DNA of 64,000 bases from Syntrophomonadaceae bacterium (lineage in GTDB: Bacteria > Bacillota > Dethiobacteria > DTU022). The position numbers were made by a program, and so were the translations under genes. The notes beneath the pieces were generated by a model. It did not search any database. It saw only the letters and a list, made by a program, of their open reading frames with translations, and was not told the origin of the DNA. This document shows positions 9,877 through 19,401 of this stretch, one piece after another (the first letter of the stretch is position 1; each line of letters opens with the position of its first letter). The DNA is taken from NCBI GenBank assembly GCA_003554395.1, contig PWGD01000148.1:5958-69957 (forward strand), written 5' to 3'.

Positions 9877-10092
9877 CCTTCTTTATTATACTGCGCCGCC
9901 GGCAAAAAGAAAAGGGCCCTGGAGATAAATTTGTATTTAAAACTTCCTCTCTGCGGTAACAATTAGGCGCTTATTAACCTGCAGCCGACAATTACAAATC
10001 AAATGATATCTATTATAATTAGAATAAGAGCGCCTGTTTGCTGTGAATAACCCGGTTTTTGGCCGGGGTCCGGAAGGGATGGCAAATTCAGG

Positions 10093-11511
10093 ATGGAGCA
10101 TTTCACTTTTTATCGGGCTTTAGGGCTCAGCGGGCCGGCGGTTGTTTCTGCTTACGGAGCGGGCGGGAAAACTACGATTCTTCAAAAACTGGCCTCTGAA
10201 ATAGCGGCCAGGAATGAAAAAGCGCTGCTGACTACTACTACTAAAATGTACCGGCCGCCTGAGCTGCCATTATTTTGCGAACCTGATTTAGACCGGGCCG
10301 CCGGATCGCTTCAAAAGCACTTCGGGACAAATAAACTGGCCGTTCTTGGCAATAGCATCCTCTCCGACGGTAAAATTGAAGGCATAAAGCCTTCCTGGGT
10401 TGAATTTTTGCGCGATAAGCTGCAGGTATCGGTCCTTGTTGAAGCAGACGGCGCAAAAAGAAAATCTTTGAAAGGATATGCTTCCCATGAACCCGTTCTT
10501 CCGGCATCTTCCGATTACATTATCGCTGTCCTGGGCGGTGACGCTCTTGGAAAAAAAATATCTTTTGCCAATACCCACCGTCTTGAACTTTTTTTAAAAA
10601 ATACTGGAACAAGGGAGGGAGGAGAAGTAAATGAAACCGTATTTGCCGGGGCATATCAATACATGCTTGAAATTGGCCTGGCCCAGGCGCCCCGGGCTTC
10701 TGTATTTTTTGTTATCAATAAAGGAGATTTGATTGCTTCGCCCGGTCCGTCCGCCCTGCGTGTGGCCGGTTTAATTAAAAATACGGCCCTAAAAAGCCGG
10801 CCTGAGAGGCTGCTGGTTACCGAAGGTCGGGATAGCCACCCGGTCAAGATTACTTTAAATTTAAAAACCCCGCGGTCTCCGGTCCTGGTTTCCTGTATTG
10901 TTCTTGCCGCCGGAGCATCTTTACGGATGGGGAGAGATAAGCTCAAACTGGCAGCGGGAAATAAAAACCTTCTCGAGCATACCGTAAGTAAAGTATTAGC
11001 TTCCGGCATCAGGGACCTGGTTATTGTAACTTCGCCTGGAAAAGCTGATTCAATCCGGCCTTTCGAGTCTAAGAGAAATAAAGGCCTCAATATTAAATAT
11101 GTTGAAAACCCATATTTTAAAGAGGGAATGTCTACCTCCCTCAAAGCCGGCCTGGAGGCTGTTGACCTGGATTCACAGGGCGCTATCTTTGCCCTGGCCG
11201 ATCAACCCCACTTACCTGCCCGGATTTACAACTTAATCTGCCGGGCTTATATGGATAACCTTGCCCTTGTAACCTGCCCTGTTTACAGGGGGCACCGGGG
11301 CAACCCGGCCCTTTTTGACAGACGGATCTGGCCTGTAGTGATGAGAATGACCGGTGATCAGGGCGGGCGGGCTGTATTTAGAATGATAAAAAAAGAAGAG
11401 GTTAATTATGTTAAGGTCAAAACCCCTGCAGTGCTTTTGGATATTGACAGCCCGGAAGATTATTTATTATATTTGGATAATTTTTCAGGGATAGATCCCG
11501 ACCATACTTGA
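10093..11511 (+). CDS. Fusion of a YqeC-like accessory protein (linked to selenium-dependent molybdenum hydroxylases) with a MocA/MobA-like molybdenum-cofactor nucleotidyltransferase
   Basis: The N-terminal half carries a P-loop-like AYGAGGKTT motif and resembles the YqeC family. The C-terminal half (VSCIVLAAGASLRMGRDKLKLAAG…LVIVT…ALADQP) is a MobA-like NTP-transferase fold. Confidence 0.65.
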   Translation: MEHFTFYRALGLSGPAVVSAYGAGGKTTILQKLASEIAARNEKALLTTTTKMYRPPELPLFCEPDLDRAAGSLQKHFGTNKLAVLGNSILSDGKIEGIKPSWVEFLRDKLQVSVLVEADGAKRKSLKGYASHEPVLPASSDYIIAVLGGDALGKKISFANTHRLELFLKNTGTREGGEVNETVFAGAYQYMLEIGLAQAPRASVFFVINKGDLIASPGPSALRVAGLIKNTALKSRPERLLVTEGRDSHPVKITLNLKTPRSPVLVSCIVLAAGASLRMGRDKLKLAAGNKNLLEHTVSKVLASGIRDLVIVTSPGKADSIRPFESKRNKGLNIKYVENPYFKEGMSTSLKAGLEAVDLDSQGAIFALADQPHLPARIYNLICRAYMDNLALVTCPVYRGHRGNPALFDRRIWPVVMRMTGDQGGRAVFRMIKKEEVNYVKVKTPAVLLDIDSPEDYLLYLDNFSGIDPDHT

Positions 11512-11711
11512 AATAACTGGAAGTCAGTTTGACTATGCATGTAGAAAATGTTATACTTTTTAAGTAGACTTTTCCATTTTATAGGCATATATTTTAACGG
11601 CTTAGGTTTTTAATAATCTTAAAAATAGTAATTCATCAAATTTTAAAGGATGTAAAAAGAAAGAGGTTTTCTGGATATCTCAAGCTATAAAACTAAGTAC
11701 GACGCACTTTA

Positions 11712-11742
11712 TTGCAATTCAAAGGCTCTTGTAAACGAGCCT
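11712..11742 (+). terminator. Orphan intrinsic-terminator-like hairpin in the 470-bp AT-rich spacer
   Basis: AAAGGCTC-ttgtaaac-GAGCCTTTTTTAT lies ~200 nt downstream of the preceding gene, with no ORF in between. Confidence 0.4.
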
Positions 11743-11988
11743 TTTTTATGCCATTTACAAGATCCTAATTCTGAAATTAAGTATTACCTTAAAGCAGGAT
11801 CACTTTTCGTCCTCAGAGTGCAGCTTGATTATTTCTGGACAGTTCTGAAATCCCATTTTGGGCATGGCATTATTAAGCAGCCTGAACCGCTTTTTAATGC
11901 TTTATTACGCTGAAATCTCAGAGAATTTTAGAACGGTTCTGCTTGGTTTATGATAAGTGATATCGTAAAGGAGTTTACCTGACAGGCT

Positions 11989-12996
11989 ATGAAAAATAAA
12001 AATGTTGAAGTTTACGGCATCGGCAACCCCTTGATAGATGTCCTGGCGCACGTAAAGGATCAGGATATTGAGGCTCTCAAGTTGGAAAAGGGGACCATGA
12101 CCCTGATTGACACCGAACGGGGCAATGATATTTTAAAATACATCAATGATCGAGAAAAAAAGTATGCCTGCGGCGGGTCAGCCCCGAATACCATGATCAC
12201 CCTGGCCGCCCTGGGAGTTGAAACCGCCCTGGCCGGAATGGTGGGTAAAGATGAACTGGGTGGTATTTATAAAGAACGTCTTGAAGAAAAAAAGGTTCAA
12301 TCAGATCTATCGACCAGTGCAGTCGACACCGGCAGCTGTATAGTCCTGGTTACGCCTGATTATGAAAGGACTATGAGCACCAGGTTGGGCGCCTGCCGGG
12401 AATTTGGCCCCGGGAACGTTAATCATAAAATAATAAGCGAAGCCAATTATTTGTACTTTACCGGATATATGTGGGACACCGAGAATCAAAAGAAAGCTTT
12501 ACGCGAGGCAATTAAAACAGCCCGAAAAGCGGGGACCAGGGTGGCATTCGATCTGGCCGATCCGTTCGTGGTGGAAAGGCATTATGATGATTTCACCCGC
12601 CTGATCAAAGACAGCGTTGATGTTCTGCTGGCCAACCGCGAAGAAGCTAAGCTGATGCTTGGGTATGACGATCCGGAAAAAGCTTCAAAAGAATTGGCCC
12701 AAAACAACGTTATCGCCGCGGTCAAGAATTGCGCTGATGGTTCCTGTATAAGCTGCTCCGACGGGGGATGCTTCTCTATAGATGCTTATAAGGTTGATGC
12801 AGTCGACAGTACCGGTGCCGGGGACAATTACGCCGCAGGATTTCTGTACGGACTGATCAAAGGTTATTCTTATGCTGATGCCGGCAAACTGGCTTCTTTT
12901 GTTGCCGCTCAAATCGTAAGGCAAACCGGAGCCCAATTTGATGAAAAAAACAGTAAGGAAATTCGCAAAGCCATTGCTGAAAATAAGTGGCGATAA
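11989..12996 (+). CDS. PfkB-family carbohydrate/nucleoside kinase, adenosine-kinase-like
   Basis: It has the PfkB fold with an N-terminal GIGNPLIDV motif and a C-terminal DSTGAGDNYAAGFLYG (anion-hole/DTxGAGD) motif. Its position directly upstream of ahcY suggests adenosine as the substrate. Confidence 0.7.
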   Translation: MKNKNVEVYGIGNPLIDVLAHVKDQDIEALKLEKGTMTLIDTERGNDILKYINDREKKYACGGSAPNTMITLAALGVETALAGMVGKDELGGIYKERLEEKKVQSDLSTSAVDTGSCIVLVTPDYERTMSTRLGACREFGPGNVNHKIISEANYLYFTGYMWDTENQKKALREAIKTARKAGTRVAFDLADPFVVERHYDDFTRLIKDSVDVLLANREEAKLMLGYDDPEKASKELAQNNVIAAVKNCADGSCISCSDGGCFSIDAYKVDAVDSTGAGDNYAAGFLYGLIKGYSYADAGKLASFVAAQIVRQTGAQFDEKNSKEIRKAIAENKWR

Positions 12997-13033
12997 GAAA
13001 AATATATTTAAACAGGAGGGACAAGTGTAACAA

Positions 13034-14482
13034 ATGAGCGAAAAAACGAAAATGGATTACAAGGTAGCCGATATGAAACTGGCTTCTTGGGGAAGAAAAG
13101 AAATTGAGATGGCGGAGAAAGAAATGCCCGGTTTAATTGCCACCCGGGAAAAATACGCCCAGGACAAACCGCTTAGCAATCTGCGGGTTACCGGAAGCCT
13201 GCATATGACTATCCAAACTGCGGTTTTAATAGAAACCCTCGTAGAGCTTGGAGCCGCTGTCCGCTGGGCAAGCTGTAATATTTTTTCCACCCAGGATCAT
13301 GCCGCAGCAGCCGTTGTGGTCGGTCCACCTGAAAAAGGAGGGACGGAAGAGGATCCCAGAGGGGTACCGGTATTTGCCTGGAAAGGTGAAACCCTTGAAG
13401 AGTACTGGTGGTGTACTCAACAGGCTCTTTCTTTTGCGGCTGATAAAGGGCCTCACCAGATTGTCGATGATGGCGGAGATGCTACCCTGTTAATTCACCG
13501 CGGCTATGAGGCGGAGGATAATCCGGCCATCCTGGATGAGCCGACTTCAAATAATGAACTAAAAATTGTAAATAAATTGTTAAAAGATATACAGGCTGAA
13601 AATCCAAAATACTGGCATTCCATTGTCCCCGAGATCAGAGGGGTAAGCGAGGAAACCACTACCGGAGTTAACCGCCTTTACCAGATGGAAAGAAATAAGA
13701 CACTCTTATGTCCGGCAATCAATGTCAATGATTCGGTAACAAAAGGCAAATTCGACAACATTTACGGATGTCGCGAAAGCCTGGTTGATGGAATCAAAAG
13801 GGCGACAGATGTAATGATTGCCGGTAAAACCGCTTTTGTTGCCGGTTTTGGCGATGTGGGAAAAGGTTCAGCAGAAGCCCTGGATGCTTTCAAAGCCAGG
13901 GTCCTGGTTTCAGAAGTTGATCCAATCTGCGCCTTACAGGCAGCCATGGCCGGGTATTCAGTGGTAACAATTGAAGATGCTCTCCCGCATGCTGATATTT
14001 ATGTAACGGCAACCGGGAATAGAGATGTAATCAGGATCGAACACATGGAAAAAATGAAAGACATGGCCATAGTATGCAATATTGGCCACTTTGATAATGA
14101 AATCCAGGTTAATGAGCTTGAAAATTACCCGGGTATTAAAAAGGTCAATATCAAGCCCCAGGTAGACCAGTTTATTTTCCCCGATGGGCACAGTATAATT
14201 TTGCTGGCTGAGGGCCGGCTTGTAAATTTAGGTTGTGCTACCGGTCATCCCAGTTTTGTCATGTCCAACAGTTTCACTAACCAGGTTATGGCCCAGATTA
14301 ACCTGGCTCAGCATGATCGCGAATGCTCTGTCTTTCGGCTTCCCAAGGAACTCGATGAGGAAGTAGCTCGCCTGCACCTTGAAAAGATAGGGGCCCGCCT
14401 TACAGTGATGAACGATGAGCAGGCTGCATATATTGGCAAACAACCGGAAGGGCCCTATAAGCCGGATCATTACCGTTACTAA
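13034..14482 (+). CDS. ahcY: Adenosylhomocysteinase (S-adenosyl-L-homocysteine hydrolase)
   Basis: The N-terminus ([27 protein letters not shown]) and the NAD-binding GFGDVGKG motif are diagnostic of SAH hydrolase. It is 482 aa including the ~40-aa insert region. Confidence 0.9.
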   Translation: MSEKTKMDYKVADMKLASWGRKEIEMAEKEMPGLIATREKYAQDKPLSNLRVTGSLHMTIQTAVLIETLVELGAAVRWASCNIFSTQDHAAAAVVVGPPEKGGTEEDPRGVPVFAWKGETLEEYWWCTQQALSFAADKGPHQIVDDGGDATLLIHRGYEAEDNPAILDEPTSNNELKIVNKLLKDIQAENPKYWHSIVPEIRGVSEETTTGVNRLYQMERNKTLLCPAINVNDSVTKGKFDNIYGCRESLVDGIKRATDVMIAGKTAFVAGFGDVGKGSAEALDAFKARVLVSEVDPICALQAAMAGYSVVTIEDALPHADIYVTATGNRDVIRIEHMEKMKDMAIVCNIGHFDNEIQVNELENYPGIKKVNIKPQVDQFIFPDGHSIILLAEGRLVNLGCATGHPSFVMSNSFTNQVMAQINLAQHDRECSVFRLPKELDEEVARLHLEKIGARLTVMNDEQAAYIGKQPEGPYKPDHYRY

Positions 14483-14520
14483 GCGTTATACTTGATTTAA
14501 TACTCGCCAGTAGAGGCAAA

Positions 14521-14566
14521 AAAACAACCAGGCCGGGGCATCACTCCGGCCTGGTATTTTTTTTTG
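14521..14566. terminator. Bidirectional intrinsic terminator between the convergent genes ahcY and mtaD
   Basis: CCAGGCCGG…CCGGCCTGG forms a 9-bp GC stem flanked by an A-run on the 5' side and a T10 run on the 3' side. Confidence 0.75.
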
Positions 14567-14672
14567 GGCCCTGACCCGATTTTAAACCTCCGATAATAAT
14601 TTATGCGGTATGAAATATAACTTAATTTTTACTCATCATTAGTAAGCTGCAGGCAACAAAAGGAATCGCCCT

Positions 14673-15974
14673 TTACTGACGCAATCTGCCGGCGCATATT
14701 CCAGCTTCATGGTAAATCTTTTCTTCGTCCAGGGTCATAAATTCACCCCGGTGATAAAGGATTTTACCTTCGACGATAACTGTTTCAACATCGCTGGCTG
14801 ATGCTGAATAGACCAGGTTGGCGATCGGGTCATTATGGGGCTGTAGATGGGGCTGGCGGAAATTGATTATGGCCAAATCGGCCCTGGCTCCTTCTTTTAT
14901 AACTCCCAGCTTGCCTTCCATGTTTAGAGCCCGGGCTCCTCCCCTGGTGGCGAGGGAAAAGGCTGTATAAGCCGGGATAATGGTGGGATCTTCCTGGGTC
15001 CCCTTCTGAAGAAGGCTGGAAAGCTTAATTTCTTCAAACATATCCAGGTTGTTGTTGCTGGCAGCCCCGTCAGTTCCAAGGCCGACACAGGCATTTTTAT
15101 CGAGAAGCTGTTTTAAGGGAGCAATTCCATTGCCCAGTTTCAGATTGCTGCAGGGGTTGTGGGAAATACCGACTCTTCGCGAGCTTAATATATCAATATC
15201 TTGATCATTCAGATGGACACAGTGGCCCGCCAGGACATGCCTTTCAAACATGCCCATTTCGTCCATCAGGGCAACCGGTGTTTTATTATATTGCTTTAAG
15301 GTTTCTTCAACTTCATATCTGGATTCGGAAAGATGAATATGAATTAGTGTACCCAAATGTTCGGTTTCTTTTAAAACTCTTTTTAAAAAGTCGGGCGGGC
15401 AGGTATAAAGAGCATGGGGGCCCAGGATAGGCTGGATACGCCCGTTGTCTTCTCCCTGCCAGTTCTCAATAAACTTAATGGCATCTTCCAGGCTGTTAAA
15501 GCCCTTGTGGCTGTTTTCTGAGCCAATAAAGACCTGTGACAGCAGGGCCCGGATACCGCTTTCCTGGCAGGCCCGGGCAGTTTGCTCCATAAAATAGTAC
15601 ATATCCACGAAAGTTGTTGTCCCTCCCCGGATCATCTCCAGCAGGGCTAGCGCGGTCCCCCAGTAAACATCTTCTTCTGTCAGCTTAGCTTCGGCCGGGA
15701 ATATTTTTTTAGTCAGCCACTCCATGAGGGGATAATCATCGGCATAACTCCTGAACAGGGTCATTGCGGCATGATTGTGGAGGTTGATCAAACCGGGTAT
15801 AACAACCCTATCTTTCCCGGATATAATTTCTGTATCCCCGGGCACCTCACCTGTTCCGGGTGATATTGCTTTAATGATATTATTTTCAATGAGAAGATCT
15901 CCCGAATTGATAACGCCGCGGTTTTCATCCATGGTTACCAGGGTTGCGTTTTTAATTAATAACCTGGAGTTCAC
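14673..15974 (-). CDS. mtaD: Amidohydrolase of the MtaD / 5-methylthioadenosine–S-adenosylhomocysteine deaminase (chlorohydrolase) family
   Basis: It contains the metal-binding HxH motif (NLHNHAAMT), plus HLSES and HCVHL motifs. The N-terminus (LIKNATLVTMDE…) is typical of MtaD/SsnA-type deaminases. Confidence 0.75.
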   Translation of the reverse strand: MNSRLLIKNATLVTMDENRGVINSGDLLIENNIIKAISPGTGEVPGDTEIISGKDRVVIPGLINLHNHAAMTLFRSYADDYPLMEWLTKKIFPAEAKLTEEDVYWGTALALLEMIRGGTTTFVDMYYFMEQTARACQESGIRALLSQVFIGSENSHKGFNSLEDAIKFIENWQGEDNGRIQPILGPHALYTCPPDFLKRVLKETEHLGTLIHIHLSESRYEVEETLKQYNKTPVALMDEMGMFERHVLAGHCVHLNDQDIDILSSRRVGISHNPCSNLKLGNGIAPLKQLLDKNACVGLGTDGAASNNNLDMFEEIKLSSLLQKGTQEDPTIIPAYTAFSLATRGGARALNMEGKLGVIKEGARADLAIINFRQPHLQPHNDPIANLVYSASASDVETVIVEGKILYHRGEFMTLDEEKIYHEAGICAGRLRQ

Positions 15975-16185
15975 AGTAATCCTCCTTTAAAAAATCATCA
16001 CTCCGGCCGTTTAGGACGAGTTTAAGATGATGTCCCCGGGGAGGTTATTCGCAGTCTGATCAATAATTAACCATATCATATCAAACCCCATCAAATGGAG
16101 CAATTTAAAATCATAAATTTTGTTACCGGCTTCTATAATGTAAGCGGCGGGAGCCTTAAACCCCCGCCGCTTACAATGTTTTAGG

Positions 16186-16261
16186 TGGTGAGCCATCCAG
16201 GATTCGAACCTGGGACACCCTGATTAAAAGTCAGGTGCTCTACCAACTGAGCTAATGGCCC
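16186..16261 (-). tRNA. tRNA-Lys (anticodon TTT)
   Basis: The reverse complement gives GGGCCAUUAGCUCAGUUGG…CCUGACUUUUAAUCAGG…GGUUCGAAUCC…CACCA. Anticodon is UUU. Length is 76 nt. Confidence 0.85.
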
Positions 16262-16265
16262 TTTT

Positions 16266-16352
16266 TGGTGGAGAGGACTGGATTTGAACCAGTGAAGGCG
16301 AACGCCAGCAGATTTACAGTCTGCCCCCTTTGGCCAACTTGGGTACCTCTCC
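16266..16352 (-). tRNA. tRNA-Tyr (anticodon GTA)
   Basis: The reverse complement gives GGAGAGGUACCCAAGUUGG…GCAGACUGUAAAUCUGC…long variable arm…GGUUCAAAUCC…CCACCA. Confidence 0.8.
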
Positions 16353-16363
16353 ACAGCTCTTCA

Positions 16364-16438
16364 TGGAGCCGACGAAGGGATTCGAACCCCCAACCTGCTG
16401 ATTACAAATCAGCTGCTCTTCCATTGAGCTACGTCGGC
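16364..16438 (-). tRNA. tRNA-Thr (anticodon TGT)
   Basis: The reverse complement gives GCCGACGUAGCUCAAUGG…GCUGAUUUGUAAUCAGC…GGUUCGAAUCC…GGCUCCA. Confidence 0.85.
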
Positions 16439-16590
16439 TGAACAATTACATTCTCACAAGCAGTATATAGTATAGCTTATTTTATAAGGCCCGTCAACAG
16501 ATCTGGGGCAGGAATTTTTCGTTGTTACTCGAACAATTTTACATAGAAGTGCGTTTCTCAGTAAAGTCCTGGAAAAGGGGAGGCAAAGTG

Positions 16591-17394
16591 ATGACAGCTA
16601 TGAGGATAGCAATAATTGGGGGGTCGGGAGTTTACGAACAGTCCTTTCTTGAAGATGATAAAAAAATCAAGGTTGAAACCAGGTTTGGTCCGGTAGCTAT
16701 AAAACAGGGAACATACCGGGATCGCACTGTTTTTTTTATGGCCCGTCACGGAGGCGGACATACCGTTCCTCCTCACCTCATCAATTACCGGGCCAACATA
16801 GCGGCCTTAAAAAAACTTAAAGTAGATGCAGTTATTGCCACGGCCGCAGTGGGGTCCCTTCGCCGGGAATTAACCCCGGAAAGCCGTGTCATTATCGACC
16901 AATTTATTGATTTTACAAAACAGCGCCCTCTTACATTTTATGAAGGTGAAGAAGGTTTCGTGGTTCATACTGATTTTTCGGAACCATATTGCCCTGAAAT
17001 CAGGTCTGTTATTTTGAGGGCGGGCCGGGATTTAGGCCAAACCATGATTGATGGAGGGTGTTACATCTGTACCGAAGGGCCCCGCTTTGAGACTCCGGCA
17101 GAAATTAAGATGTTCAAAAGCTGGGGTGTAGATGTTGTTGGTATGACCAATATTCCGGAAGCAACCCTGGCCAGGGAAGCGGGCCTATGTTATGCTACCA
17201 TTGCTTTGCCGACCAATTACGCTGCCGGAGTGAGCTCCGAACCGCTAACCCAGGATGAAGTTCTTGCTGCCATGGATAAAGATAAACCGGAACTGGAACG
17301 GTTGATTGCCGCCTCGATAGCCAGATTAAAAACCGGAACTTCCTGCCGCTGCAGAGAAGCCGGAAATAAATATCCCAAGGAGCAAACCAGTTAG
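16591..17394 (+). CDS. mtnP: 5'-methylthioadenosine / purine nucleoside phosphorylase
   Basis: The PNP/MTAP family N-terminus is MTAMRIAIIGGSGVYEQ. The GTEGPRFETPAE and GMTNIPEA motifs match the phosphorylase active site. The ORF track begins 23 codons upstream (16522), but GGGGAGG lies just before GTG/ATG 16588–16591. Confidence 0.8.
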   Translation: MTAMRIAIIGGSGVYEQSFLEDDKKIKVETRFGPVAIKQGTYRDRTVFFMARHGGGHTVPPHLINYRANIAALKKLKVDAVIATAAVGSLRRELTPESRVIIDQFIDFTKQRPLTFYEGEEGFVVHTDFSEPYCPEIRSVILRAGRDLGQTMIDGGCYICTEGPRFETPAEIKMFKSWGVDVVGMTNIPEATLAREAGLCYATIALPTNYAAGVSSEPLTQDEVLAAMDKDKPELERLIAASIARLKTGTSCRCREAGNKYPKEQTS

Positions 17395-17396
17395 AA

Positions 17397-18458
17397 ATGA
17401 AAGAACCTGATGAGCTACCGACCCTTTACTGGAAAAACAACCGTCTCTATATTCTCGATCAAAGACTTTTACCCCACCACATAGAATACCTGACCTGCAG
17501 CAGTTACCGCGAGGTCGTCGATGCGATTTGTGATATGGCGGTGCGGGGCGCTCCGGCAATCGGAATCGCCGCCGCTTTTGGGATGGCGGTAGCCGCCCGG
17601 GAAGCTTTGGCAAAAAGGGATGAATCAATCCTAATGCGTTCTTACCTGGAGGAAGCTTCGGAAAAACTTCTGCAATCACGGCCTACCGCTGTTAACCTTT
17701 TCTGGGCCTTGAAAAGGATTAACCGCTGGCTCTCCATAAATGATGAGTTATCGCCGCAGCAGATTGCCGACGGACTGGTCAGTGAAGCCGAAAAAATATT
17801 AAAAGAAGATCTTGAAAATAACCGGAAAATTGGTATAAACGGCTCAGTACTGGTTCCCGGCCGGGCCTCAGTCTTAACCCACTGCAATGCCGGGGCGTTG
17901 GCTACCGGCGGCTACGGCACTGCCCTGGGGATTGTCAGGGCCGCGGCTGCGGAAGGCAAAGAGGTTCATGTTTTTGTTGATGAAACCAGACCCCTGCTCC
18001 AGGGGGCCCGACTGACAGCTTTTGAAATGATCCATGAACAGATCCCGGCAACTCTCATTACCGATAATTGTGCCGGTTACCTGATGAAGCAGGGAAGAAT
18101 TGACTTAATTATAGTGGGTGCCGACCGTATTGCCGGTAATGGCGATACCGCCAATAAAATCGGCACCTATTCCCTGGCCGTTATGGCCGCTTATCATAAC
18201 ATTCCTTTTTATGTAGCCGCCCCGCTTTCCACTATTGATCCTGCCCTGCTTTCCGGACATGACATTATAATTGAAGAGCGAAAATGGGAAGAAGTAACTC
18301 ATCTTAAGAACCATCATCTTGCGCCTGAAGGCATTAATGTTTACAATCCCGCTTTTGATGTAACCCCGGCCGGTTTGATTAAAGCTATTATTACCGAAAA
18401 AGGCGTTGTATATAGCCCCAACCGGGAAAAACTTTATAAACTCTTCACAAAGGTATAA
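17397..18458 (+). CDS. mtnA: S-methyl-5-thioribose-1-phosphate isomerase (eIF-2B alpha/beta/delta-like)
   Basis: It has the full-length MtnA architecture (…LYILDQRLLPHH…VRGAPAIG…THCNAGALAT…VGADRIAGNGDTANKIGTY…). A GGAGCAAACCAG site lies upstream. Confidence 0.85.
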   Translation: MKEPDELPTLYWKNNRLYILDQRLLPHHIEYLTCSSYREVVDAICDMAVRGAPAIGIAAAFGMAVAAREALAKRDESILMRSYLEEASEKLLQSRPTAVNLFWALKRINRWLSINDELSPQQIADGLVSEAEKILKEDLENNRKIGINGSVLVPGRASVLTHCNAGALATGGYGTALGIVRAAAAEGKEVHVFVDETRPLLQGARLTAFEMIHEQIPATLITDNCAGYLMKQGRIDLIIVGADRIAGNGDTANKIGTYSLAVMAAYHNIPFYVAAPLSTIDPALLSGHDIIIEERKWEEVTHLKNHHLAPEGINVYNPAFDVTPAGLIKAIITEKGVVYSPNREKLYKLFTKV

Positions 18459-18561
18459 AATAGAGTTAGAAAGATTTATAGACTATACCTTAAAATTACC
18501 GGCCGGGAAACGGGCCGGGCTATCGTTTTAGAGAAAGGGGCAACCACTGATTGATAAAGCC

Positions 18562-19359
18562 ATGAAAAAGACCCATATTTTAATTACCAATGATGACGGT
18601 ATTTATGCCGAGGGTATTCAACGCCTCAGCCAGTGCCTGTATGAAAAAGACCGCGGCTACAAGCTTTCCATAGTGGCCCCCGATCGGGAGCGCAGCGCTA
18701 CCGGCCATGCCATCACCATGCATCGTCCTCTCCTGGTAGACCAGGTCAGCTACCTTCATAATCCTGAACTTACCGGATGGTGCGTTAACGGCACTCCATC
18801 GGACTGCGTAAAATTGGCGGTTGAGGCAATCCTGGAGGAAAAACCGGACCTGGTCATTTCCGGCATAAACCGGGGCAGCAACCTGGGGACGGACGTGCTC
18901 TACTCCGGGACTGTATCGGCTGCCATGGAAGGGCTGATCATGGGCATCCCTTCAATTGCCGTATCTCTAACAGGCAACGGGGAAGAAAAAAGTTTCGATT
19001 TTGCCGGTCAATTCATCTGCCACCTGTTCCCGCTTCTTTTAGAGGCAAACCTGCCCCCCTCAAGCCTGTTCAATATTAACATCCCTACTGATATTGAAAA
19101 TATCAGGGGAGTCCGCGCCACAATCCTTGGCAACAGGCGTTACCGTAACGCTTTTGAAAAAAGAATTGATCCCAGGGGGAGAGTATATTACTGGCTGGCC
19201 GGAGAATTGATTGACGATGACTATGAAAATGAAAATGCTGATACAAAAGCAGTCAGGGACGGTTATATATCAGTTACTCCGATCCATTTTCCGCTCACCA
19301 ATGAAAAGATTTTACCTGAACTAAAGGAAATACTAAAAAAAATGCCGCTCAAAATTTAG
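18562..19359 (+). CDS. surE: 5'/3'-nucleotidase SurE
   Basis: The N-terminus MKKTHILITNDDGIYAEGI is the SurE hallmark (ILxTNDDG). Size is 265 aa. Confidence 0.9.
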   Translation: MKKTHILITNDDGIYAEGIQRLSQCLYEKDRGYKLSIVAPDRERSATGHAITMHRPLLVDQVSYLHNPELTGWCVNGTPSDCVKLAVEAILEEKPDLVISGINRGSNLGTDVLYSGTVSAAMEGLIMGIPSIAVSLTGNGEEKSFDFAGQFICHLFPLLLEANLPPSSLFNINIPTDIENIRGVRATILGNRRYRNAFEKRIDPRGRVYYWLAGELIDDDYENENADTKAVRDGYISVTPIHFPLTNEKILPELKEILKKMPLKI

Positions 19360-19401
19360 ACTCCGGCTTTTTCAGGCTCAATTAAAGAAAGGAGTGGTCC
19401 A

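Noticed and set aside
11760-11960. A possible SAH- or SAM-responsive riboswitch in the leader of the adenosine-kinase-like/ahcY genes
   Set aside because: There are short resemblances only (GAGUGCAGC…CAGCCUGAACCGC). The conserved SAH-riboswitch pseudoknot core and SAM-I/SAM-II signatures are not present on either strand. It is kept only as a suggestion for an Rfam scan.
16139-16173. A strong GC hairpin (GTAAGCGGCGGG…CCCGCCGCTTAC) just beyond the 3' end of the tRNA-Lys/Tyr/Thr cluster
   Set aside because: It is positioned as a terminator or processing element for the minus-strand tRNA transcript, but it has no clear U-tract on that strand. It is mentioned for completeness, not called.
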